Virus record (IMG/VR): IMGVR_UViG_3300031566_000019
Span: 7,681-71,680 of that record
Length of the DNA stretch: 64,000 nt
Reading direction: 5' to 3' (one strand)
Source of the DNA: a virus
The translations under genes and the position numbers were made by a program. The notes below the pieces were generated by a model, which had not been told where the DNA came from, did no database searches, and saw only the letters and a program-made list of their open reading frames with translations. Below are positions 1 to 7,339 of this stretch, piece after piece (position 1 is the stretch's first letter; every line of letters begins with the position of its first letter).

Positions 1-1508
1 AGGGAGCCAACGAAGTCCGCGATGCGAAGTTCCATCTTGGCCTGCAAGTTCTTCATGACCTTCGTGGCCGTGCTCTTGCCAACCTTCTTGCCCGAGAGCG
101 TGACGACGGCGAGCTCGTCCACGTCGAGACCGTAAAGATCGGCCGGCGTCGTGACCATCCCGTTCGCACAGAGCGCGTCGAGCAGTGTGTCGCCCCAGTC
201 CTTGATGTCGAGCTTCTTGACCCAACGCTTGACGGAGCCACTCTGCTGCGCGGGGCACTTGAGTGAGTTCGGGCAGAGCGTGTAGGCGCCATCTCGCTCA
301 AGCTTCGTGCTGCACGAGGGGCACTTGGTCGGTGTTTGAAAGCGGGCGTTCTTGGAAGGAGTGAGCACCTTCTCGACGTAGGGGATCACGTCGTTGCGGC
401 GTGACACCAGGATCTTGTCGCTCATGCCAAGCAGCATGTCGGGACACTTGGCCGCAAGACGCCCCAAGTTGTCCACGTTGTGCAGGCTCGCTTGCGACAC
501 GGAGGCCCCTGCGAGATTCACGGTGTCGAAGTAGGCGACGGGAGTGATGCGTCCGCTGTTGCCAACTTGCCACACGACTTCGCGGAGGCGCGTCGGTTGT
601 TCCTCGTGGGGGAACTTGAAAGCACGGGCGCCTTTAGGTCGGCCGTCATGCTCTCCAAGGTGGTCCATGATGGTGAGCAGGTTGCACTCCACCACCAGGC
701 CATCGATGTCGTAGTCGAGCTTCTCACGCGTGGAAGCGATGTAAGCGTCGTAGACCTTGCTCACGTCGCCGCTGTTTTTGCAGGTGGTCCAGTTCGGAGT
801 GACAAAGCCTAGGGCCTTGAGCAGCTTGAACTCCATCGCCTTGCTCGTGACCTTGTGGTCTTCGCTGATGAGCTGGTAGCAAACGATGGTCAGATGCTTG
901 CAGTGTGCCGGGTCCGACTCGCGCTTTGAGATGCCGCTCGCGGCGTTGCGCGGGTTCTTGTACTCGGGGACGTGTTTCTTGTGGTCGCTCTTCTTGAGGA
1001 CGATCTCACCGCGGACGTAGCCGGTCAGGTCCTTGGCCTTCTCCACGGCGCCTTTCATCAGGAGCACGTTGCGGGTGATATCCTCACCGGTGATGCCGTC
1101 ACCGCGGGTCAACGCCTGCACGAGTTTGCCCTTCTTGTAGCGAAGGGAGATGGAGATGCCATCCAGCTTCTCACTGACGACCAAGGTTCCGTTGGCCTCC
1201 TCGATGTCGCCATCACGCTTGGCCGTGGCAATCTTGAGGAGAAGGTCCGTATCCCACTTGATGAATTCGTCGGTGGTCTGGACCTTGAGCAGGCTCCCCA
1301 TCGGGGCGCTGTGCTTGACCTTCTTCCACTTGGTCTTTTTGGCTTGGGCTCCGACGCGTTTGAAGAACGCGTTTTTGGAGTCGAGCTCGCGCAACTCGTC
1401 CTCGAGGGCGTCGTACTCGGCGTCGCTCATCACGGGGTCGCCGTTGTAGTAGGCGTCTTGGGCCTGCTGTAGCTGCTCTACGAGATCAGAAATTTCACGT
1501 TGGCTCAT
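1..1508 (-). CDS. ligA: NAD-dependent DNA ligase (partial, runs off the left edge; absent from the ORF track)
   Basis: Translated by hand from ATG at 1508 with an AGAGGA RBS: MSQREISDLVEQLQQAQDAYYNGDPVMSDAEYD (NAD-binding domain Ia), SEKLDGISISLRY (KxDG adenylation motif), RGDG..GEDIT, NPRNAASG, zinc finger CPSC..C..C, then an HhH-like region. Confidence 0.97.
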   Translation of the reverse strand, partial: MSQREISDLVEQLQQAQDAYYNGDPVMSDAEYDALEDELRELDSKNAFFKRVGAQAKKTKWKKVKHSAPMGSLLKVQTTDEFIKWDTDLLLKIATAKRDGDIEEANGTLVVSEKLDGISISLRYKKGKLVQALTRGDGITGEDITRNVLLMKGAVEKAKDLTGYVRGEIVLKKSDHKKHVPEYKNPRNAASGISKRESDPAHCKHLTIVCYQLISEDHKVTSKAMEFKLLKALGFVTPNWTTCKNSGDVSKVYDAYIASTREKLDYDIDGLVVECNLLTIMDHLGEHDGRPKGARAFKFPHEEQPTRLREVVWQVGNSGRITPVAYFDTVNLAGASVSQASLHNVDNLGRLAAKCPDMLLGMSDKILVSRRNDVIPYVEKVLTPSKNARFQTPTKCPSCSTKLERDGAYTLCPNSLKCPAQQSGSVKRWVKKLDIKDWGDTLLDALCANGMVTTPADLYGLDVDELAVVTLSGKKVGKSTATKVMKNLQAKMELRIADFVGS

Positions 1509-1579
1509 TTACATCCTCTGTACGGAGTGCATGTAGGTTCTACACTTTCTCCGGTCTGATTTGCGCGTCTTACGCGGAA

Positions 1580-2152
1580 TCAAGAAGTCACTGCTGCCGC
1601 GGCCTCCTCATCGACCTTGTTCTCGGGCCAGTACCAGTGACCCTCATCCTTCTCGACGTTGTAGGGGCGTCTTTCGTCCTCCCCCTCTTCGCGGATGCCA
1701 TCCCACAAGGCTTCGCTTCCAGACATCTGATTCCAACATACGCCGCGCCACCCCTTTGCTTCCGCTTCCTCGACGACCTTGCGGAGCGCGGTTGCTTGCT
1801 CAGGAATGGTGAACATGTAGTTCTGTTCCCTTTGCCGAGGGCCGTAGGTTCTGTCAAATTCCTCGAGCGCGGAAGCGACGGAAGCAACATGCTCCATGGG
1901 GATGACCACCTTGTCGAAGGTCGTCATCAGAGTCACCGTTTCCCACGGTGCGAGCTTGCCCTCCTTGGCGAGATCGAAGACGGGCTTGAGCCCACTCATC
2001 ATCATCATGGTGAAGGCCATACCCGTCGCTTGGAGATGTTTCTCGGCAAGGATACGCCAGATGGCCATCGCTCCCCCGTGGGCGTTGGAGAATCGTTCGT
2101 AGATCACGACATCGCCGTCGCGACTCACTGCGTATAACCGGGTCTCGCTCAT
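1580..2152 (-). CDS. hypothetical protein (~190 aa)
   Basis: Clean ORF in operon orientation. The start is probably ATG 2152, 7 nt after a TAAAAT box, rather than 2161, whose ATG lies inside that box. Confidence 0.75.
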   Translation of the reverse strand: MSETRLYAVSRDGDVVIYERFSNAHGGAMAIWRILAEKHLQATGMAFTMMMMSGLKPVFDLAKEGKLAPWETVTLMTTFDKVVIPMEHVASVASALEEFDRTYGPRQREQNYMFTIPEQATALRKVVEEAEAKGWRGVCWNQMSGSEALWDGIREEGEDERRPYNVEKDEGHWYWPENKVDEEAAAAVTS

Positions 2153-2227
2153 TTCCCTCATTTTACGGACAGAATTGGCGATCTCTGCCGAAAGGGCTAC
2201 CAGGGCTCTGGGGTGCCCAAGAGGGCC

Positions 2228-2878
2228 TTACCCTTCTGATCCCTGTCCTCCGAAGCCCTTGAAGAACCTCGAGGCACCCCCGGTGTCGCCGTACCAGATC
2301 ATCGGGGTTCCGTCGGCGCGATTCTCAGCCCCGTAGGCGGCGCCTTTGTTGCCCTCTCGACTGCCAGCCGAAGCACGCTTGACCGTCCCCGAACCCGAGG
2401 TCAGTTGGCCGCTCTCCCTGTCGAGCTCAGCCACGGGACAACCCGCTTCGCACTCCCAGTTGGGCACCGTCTCTTTCCCGTCCGCGCCCGCGTAGCTCAT
2501 GTCCTCCATCGGAGGCTTCTCTCCTTCGGAGAAGATGGTGCGCCCTCCACTGTTTTTGCGGTGAGCTGTGCCGGTTGCGACCTTACGAGTGCCAACGACT
2601 CGACATCCAAGGCGATGCACGAGCATCACGTTGGGGGGCCACCGTCCTCCGTGGTTTACCTGCCACTGCCCCCACCCTTTCTTGTGGTGAGGGAACTCGG
2701 CACCAATTCCCTCTTCAGAGGCGAACGCCCCTTTACCTACCGTCGGCGTCTTGTCAGCCTCGGATTGGTAGGCGATCCGACTCGCGGCAATGTTGAGGGC
2801 GCCGGCTTCGTGCTCCACGACATTAGCCGTGGTGCTCCCTGACTGACAGGGTTTTCGCGCCACGGTTACCACTCTCAT
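2228..2878 (-). CDS. stand-alone middle (variable, target-recognition-like) module of a beta-class phage DNA methyltransferase
   Basis: MRVVTVARKP..TANVVEHEAGALNIAASRI..GRWPPNV..WECEAGCPVAELD..YGDTGGASRFFK matches the insert between ARKP and SRFF in large phage N6/N4 MTases. It has neither DPPY nor FxGxG. Confidence 0.8.
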   Translation of the reverse strand: MRVVTVARKPCQSGSTTANVVEHEAGALNIAASRIAYQSEADKTPTVGKGAFASEEGIGAEFPHHKKGWGQWQVNHGGRWPPNVMLVHRLGCRVVGTRKVATGTAHRKNSGGRTIFSEGEKPPMEDMSYAGADGKETVPNWECEAGCPVAELDRESGQLTSGSGTVKRASAGSREGNKGAAYGAENRADGTPMIWYGDTGGASRFFKGFGGQGSEG

Positions 2879-3507
2879 TTGAACCCGCTGACCTTCGCGT
2901 ACGCCTTCACGAGTTTGACGTAGTCTGGGTTCATGGTCCCGGCCGCCGCCACGCTGTCAGCGAGTTTGAATGCCTCTTTGAGTGTGTAGCCCATCACTCG
3001 CATGGCAAACGCAGCCACCGAGGCACCCGTCCGATCTGTCCCGTTCATGCAGTGAACGTAGACGGGCATCCCGAGACGGTTGAGCTGCGCAAGACGGTCC
3101 ACATAACCGATGAAGTCGTAGGACCGCAGGGCCGGACCGAGGACGATGGAGTTGTTCCCGCCCTCGATCTGCCACCACATCACCTTGTCCTTGTCGCCGT
3201 GCAGCACCCCCGGCACCCACGGCGGATCTTCTTGATTGAACTGCGGCGGGATGTCGGGCCGGTTCGTGGGCCATGTTGCCTCCACGTCGATGCCGAACGC
3301 CTCCATCTCGGGCTGCCAGACATCGCGCTCGCCGCCTTCCACGTTGTCGATGACCGACACGTCGATGAAGGGCTGCTCCTCATTGATGCCAAGTACCTGG
3401 CGAAGCTCCTTGAAAGCGAACGTCCGGTCAGAACGGAGAGGAAGATTGCCGCGCCAGAGGTTCATTCCGACGTGGGCACAACGAGAGGGATCGAATACGG
3501 CTGCCAT
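2875..3507 (-). CDS. cysteine-based (tyrosine/dual-specificity-like) phosphatase
   Basis: P-loop VYVHCMNGTDRTG (HCxxGxDRTG) and N-terminal LWRGNLP. Confidence 0.85.
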   Translation of the reverse strand: MAAVFDPSRCAHVGMNLWRGNLPLRSDRTFAFKELRQVLGINEEQPFIDVSVIDNVEGGERDVWQPEMEAFGIDVEATWPTNRPDIPPQFNQEDPPWVPGVLHGDKDKVMWWQIEGGNNSIVLGPALRSYDFIGYVDRLAQLNRLGMPVYVHCMNGTDRTGASVAAFAMRVMGYTLKEAFKLADSVAAAGTMNPDYVKLVKAYAKVSGFK

Positions 3508-3510
3508 GGT

Positions 3511-4995
3511 CTACTCCAGTTCCTCGACGCGCTGTTTGGCCTGCTCGAGCAGATACGTTTGAACACGCTCTCGATTCTCAGCGCACTGCGAACAGACCTC
3601 AAGACGCTCACCCTTCTCCTTGATCTCCATCTCCGTGTCGCGCTCTTCGCATACGGGGCAGTCTCCAACCGAGGACTCCTCGTCACTCCCCCCGAACCCG
3701 AAGAAGTCCCCGAGACCGACGGACTCTTCTGCCGCGAACTCAGCTTCGGACTCGATAGTTGCACCGTTCCAAGCATTCTCTGCTCGGTCCCAGTGACGGA
3801 TGCGCTGGTCCGCGATGCGTAGATACTCAGCATCTTGGTCGATGCCGATGAAGTTGTGTCCCGTCCGCAGACACGCGAGTCCCGTCGTGCCACTCCCCAT
3901 GAAACAGTCCACCACCGTGGCGCCCTTGGGGATGTCTTGTAGGAGTGCTTCCATGACGCCGACAGCCTTGACCGTGGGATGCTCATTCTGCACGACGCGT
4001 CCCGTGTCCGACTCTCGAGCCACGATGCCCGTGTTGCGTTCAGCCGAGCTGGCCTTTGCGACGTAGTGGAACTCGCCCGGGGTGTCGAGGAGCGCGATGG
4101 CATCGCGGATCTCGTAGCCAAAGTCTTCGACGGCACACGCCCCCGTGTGCCCCGTAAGTTCCTCGTCAGGAGCGACCAGCAGCAGGTGTGCGCCTGGCCG
4201 AAGGACTCGATCGATCTCTTCCATGTGGGGCTCAGGGTTGCCCATGGTGATCATCCCATGCACCGACGCGTCCTCGTGCTCCTCCCACGGGTAGTCCTCC
4301 AGGCTAGGCTGCGCGATGATGACGGGCTCACACGAGGCAGGCGGAGAGATCATCGTGATCAGGTAGTCAAACAGTTCTGGAGGCAGCTCGTTCATCTCAA
4401 TTTCCTGTACCTGCTTAAAGTATCGAGCAGCGCTTCCGCTATCGTCGTAAAGAGGTCCCTGTTTTTGGTAGTCCCCTTGGTTGGGGCGGTACAGGCTTGG
4501 AACCGACGTGGATGAGGGATGTGGGCCCGTAGATGGGCGCTGTCCGCTCTGCTCCCCCAGACTCTGAACCGCACAGCCCTCTTCGCACTCCCATACGGCA
4601 ACCTGTTCTTCGGGCTGAGCTTCGCTTTCGTACTCATGCCCCGCACCTCCGCCGAAAGGCTTCGCGCCGTCTGACCATCGGTTGATGGTGTAGCCTGGCA
4701 CCACTATGGTGCCAGTCTGTTTACAACCAGCACGGTGCATCAGGACCACATTGGCAGGCCAACGCCCCGTCCCGTCTGCCGTCCCACATCCCATCTTGAA
4801 ATCAAGGCCACGCGTGCGGTTGTCCTCGTGCCCACGATCTCCACTTGCGTTTGCCTTGTAAGTCCCTTGGTCTTGAACTGAGGAGAACCCTATCCGGCAC
4901 GCATCGATGTTGATGGCACCTGCTTCGTACTCGGTGATGTTGGCAGTCGTGCTCGAGGCAATGCACGGCCGACGACTGACCGTCACTACCCTCAT
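3511..4995 (-). CDS. rearranged DNA methyltransferase-like protein: variable module, degenerate catalytic subdomain, intact SAM-binding half, C-terminal zinc ribbon
   Basis: The N-terminus parallels 2228-2878. Then DASVHGMITMGNP (DPPY lost), RVLRPGAHL, AVEDFGYEIRD, YVAKAS..NEHPTVK, VVDCFMGSGTTG, FIGIDQDAEY and CPVC..CSQC. Confidence 0.85.
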   Translation of the reverse strand: MRVVTVSRRPCIASSTTANITEYEAGAINIDACRIGFSSVQDQGTYKANASGDRGHEDNRTRGLDFKMGCGTADGTGRWPANVVLMHRAGCKQTGTIVVPGYTINRWSDGAKPFGGGAGHEYESEAQPEEQVAVWECEEGCAVQSLGEQSGQRPSTGPHPSSTSVPSLYRPNQGDYQKQGPLYDDSGSAARYFKQVQEIEMNELPPELFDYLITMISPPASCEPVIIAQPSLEDYPWEEHEDASVHGMITMGNPEPHMEEIDRVLRPGAHLLLVAPDEELTGHTGACAVEDFGYEIRDAIALLDTPGEFHYVAKASSAERNTGIVARESDTGRVVQNEHPTVKAVGVMEALLQDIPKGATVVDCFMGSGTTGLACLRTGHNFIGIDQDAEYLRIADQRIRHWDRAENAWNGATIESEAEFAAEESVGLGDFFGFGGSDEESSVGDCPVCEERDTEMEIKEKGERLEVCSQCAENRERVQTYLLEQAKQRVEELE

Positions 4996-5213
4996 AATTC
5001 CTTGATGCCTTCCAGGAACTCCTCACGATCGAAGGTGCTCCAACGATCCTTGAGAACCTTGCCGCGCCACACGATGATCTCGGAGTTCTTGACGATGCCT
5101 CCATCGATGGGAGGCCAGCCGTCCGCCGGAGTGTCCTCGAGCGCGCAGGCCGGAACCGTCACACGCCAAGACGCCCGAGCTCGATAGTAGACGCGGTTGT
5201 CACCTTCCATCAT
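4992..5213 (-). CDS. small hypothetical protein
   Basis: Fills the gap between neighbours; its TGA overlaps the next ATG (ATGA). Confidence 0.65.
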   Translation of the reverse strand: MMEGDNRVYYRARASWRVTVPACALEDTPADGWPPIDGGIVKNSEIIVWRGKVLKDRWSTFDREEFLEGIKEL

Positions 5214-5219
5214 GGACGC

Positions 5220-5936
5220 TCACCCGATCAGAATACGGCCCCCGAATTTGCTCACCGCCATCTGGCCCTTGGCGATGCGTTGGTCGAGGGAAAAGAGACG
5301 GTCCATGTCAATCCCCGACGGGATTTCGATTGGGTATTCTCCGTTCTCCGAGTAGATCTCCCAACCATTGAGTTCAAGACCACCACTCCCAAGCTGACCC
5401 AGGATATACGGGGTGTAGCTGATTTCGACACGAAACCCCCGAGTCTCATAGAGCGCGGCTGCGAAGATGTCCGTATCGACCAACGTGACGAGCATGGCAT
5501 CGGATCGCTTGTACGGTGGCACTTTGAGCAACCGTTCTTGAGATTGCTTGGCGAAGTCGCTACGCATTTGCATCGCAGCTTTGTAGAACGCTTCATGTGC
5601 GTCGCCTCCGTCCGCAAGCTGTACTGTGACGGAAGGGACGCAGTGCTCCTCGTCCGTGTGGTAGAGGCGGCGCCCGCCTATCTTCGGCCAGGATGCGCGG
5701 ATGATTTTCCGGCCCCACGAAATGCCCCCAGGCACCGGCGTCATTGTCGTCGGCACGACCTTGGGTCGAGTGAGCACGAGGTGACTCCGTGTCAGGCTTG
5801 TGTGCTCCGGCGTCCAGATCTTGCTCTCTTTGCCGGAGAACAGAGGGACGATTGGACTCGCATTCGCTGTCGTAGTAACGAGCAGCGAGGTGCCGCCTAC
5901 CCCGAGCATCTGTAGGAACTGTCGCCTGTTGGTCAT
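5220..5936 (-). CDS. hypothetical protein with a twin-arginine (Tat) signal-like N-terminus
   Basis: MTNRRQFLQMLGVGGTSLLVTTTANA-S: RRxFL, a moderately hydrophobic h-region and an AxA cleavage site. Confidence 0.75.
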   Translation of the reverse strand: MTNRRQFLQMLGVGGTSLLVTTTANASPIVPLFSGKESKIWTPEHTSLTRSHLVLTRPKVVPTTMTPVPGGISWGRKIIRASWPKIGGRRLYHTDEEHCVPSVTVQLADGGDAHEAFYKAAMQMRSDFAKQSQERLLKVPPYKRSDAMLVTLVDTDIFAAALYETRGFRVEISYTPYILGQLGSGGLELNGWEIYSENGEYPIEIPSGIDMDRLFSLDQRIAKGQMAVSKFGGRILIG

Positions 5937-5945
5937 GGCTACACT

Positions 5946-6635
5946 CTACTCTTGTGCGGAGAGGAGTCGCTCGTAGGTTCCCTCGAAACCCGACAAGTCG
6001 ACGGAACGCAGATCCCGGTAGTCAAACGGGATGCCCTCGGTAAGGCTGATCATGGGACCACGGAAACCCAACAGGGTGCTGTTGTAGCGGACGAATTCCC
6101 GCTGGATGCGGAGGCGCCCCTCGACGAACTCGATCCCTCTTTGCACGATGCGCCACAGCCCCGAACTGCGCTTCTTTGGATCGTCATTCGGTGCCTGCTC
6201 AATGAGCCCCCAGTACAGGAGCCGGGAGAACTCGCCGTCCTTGCCCATGAACTTCGGTGCCCTCGAAGGGACATGGACGAAATCACCAGGATGCAGGTCG
6301 TGGTACCGCTTCATCCAAATCAAAGCGATGGCGTTGTTGATGCTGAACGGAAGAGAGCGAGCTTTGGCGATGCGGTCACACGCCCCACAGATGACACCAT
6401 CCTTGGTGTACATCCCTTCCGCGACACGATCCCGTTCCTCCTCGAGGCCGCTGCCCGTAAGTGGCTCACCGACGACCTTGCGCAGGTGCCCCATGTGCTC
6501 CCGCATAAGTGCCTTGGCGCTGTCCACGTCTCCGGCCTCCAAAGCATTCTCGATGCGCTTGAGCTGTGCTCGGAGTTTGTCGAAATCCTCGTCCGGCTCG
6601 GAGACCCCTATTACTGTGGCGAAGTCAAACTCCAT
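5946..6635 (-). CDS. phage protein with CxxC and a winged-helix-like C-terminal domain
   Basis: The true start is probably ATG 6635 (TGATG overlap), not 6956. CGACDRIAK..FSRLLYWGLIEQ..SGLWRIVQRGIEFVEG resembles a recurrent phage wHTH-like family. Confidence 0.7.
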   Translation of the reverse strand: MEFDFATVIGVSEPDEDFDKLRAQLKRIENALEAGDVDSAKALMREHMGHLRKVVGEPLTGSGLEEERDRVAEGMYTKDGVICGACDRIAKARSLPFSINNAIALIWMKRYHDLHPGDFVHVPSRAPKFMGKDGEFSRLLYWGLIEQAPNDDPKKRSSGLWRIVQRGIEFVEGRLRIQREFVRYNSTLLGFRGPMISLTEGIPFDYRDLRSVDLSGFEGTYERLLSAQE

Positions 6636-7339
6636 CAGGGTTTCCTCGCCACAACAACAGGTTCCCAAGCCGGCTTCAAAGCGGTCCCGTACCCCTCCCA
6701 CAATTTGGCCAGCTCCGTCGCGGGGATCGTGATGGGCACATCCACGGCAACCTGCTTGGCCCCGGTACCGTAAGCCCCGACGCCCTTGCCTCCTTCGTCC
6801 GTCGTCTGTCGGACCCCCCGGCCATGCACGATGTCGTTCATGTTCTCGCCGCCGACACCACGTTTGGTCCCGACGACTTCGCGCTCCGCACCAGCCTGCT
6901 TGTCGATCATTTTTGAGATGTTCGTGGATTTTGGGAAGCCACTTCCGTAAATCCATGCCTCAAGTTGGGGCTTGCTGAACAACGCCTGCTCCATCGCGCG
7001 CGCCATCTTGTGGAAAGTTCTTGTACCACCGAACGCTTTGACCACCCCACCAGGCTTGAGTTTTCGGAGCACAAGTTTCCAGAACTTCACATCGAAAGCG
7101 ATGCCGGTGGCGTCCCAGACTTTGCCCATGAAGCCGCCCGTTTTTCTCACTTGGTCGTGTGAACCAAGTTTCGTACGGCCGAAAGGAGTGTTGGGGTCGT
7201 TCTGTCGAGGAGACCCTCCCCGACTCACCTGTGTCAGGTCATAAGGCGGGTCGCAGACGAAAGCATCAATCGAGCCATCTTCGAGTTCCTCGATGCGTTC
7301 GAGGCAGTCCCCGTACAACAGTTGCACTACAACGGCCAT
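6635..7339 (-). CDS. N-terminal catalytic half of a beta-class N6-adenine-type DNA methyltransferase (no SAM-binding motif I)
   Basis: ATG 7339 overlaps the dnaB TAA. GDCLERI..IDAFVCDPPY..FMGKVWD..LKPGG..AFGGTRTFH..WIYGSGFPKS..ALKPAWEPVVVARKP-stop. Confidence 0.88.
   Translation of the reverse strand: MAVVVQLLYGDCLERIEELEDGSIDAFVCDPPYDLTQVSRGGSPRQNDPNTPFGRTKLGSHDQVRKTGGFMGKVWDATGIAFDVKFWKLVLRKLKPGGVVKAFGGTRTFHKMARAMEQALFSKPQLEAWIYGSGFPKSTNISKMIDKQAGAEREVVGTKRGVGGENMNDIVHGRGVRQTTDEGGKGVGAYGTGAKQVAVDVPITIPATELAKLWEGYGTALKPAWEPVVVARKP

Noticed and set aside
2189-2218. Possible weak terminator upstream of the 1580-2152 gene
   Set aside because: The stem (GGGC..CCAG/CTGG..GCCC) is interrupted and followed by only three U residues.
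4996-6634. A self-splicing intron or intein rejoining the methyltransferase halves
   Set aside because: The intervening DNA is three ordinary ORFs with no visible group I/II structure or homing endonuclease motif, each half has its own start and stop, and no intein termini are seen.
6636-6956. N-terminal extension of ORF 5946-6956, or a frameshift fusion at AAA-CCC-TGA
   Set aside because: The extension overlaps the MTase half out of frame and reads as non-protein-like. There is no canonical slippery heptamer, and the TGATG overlap already explains the arrangement.
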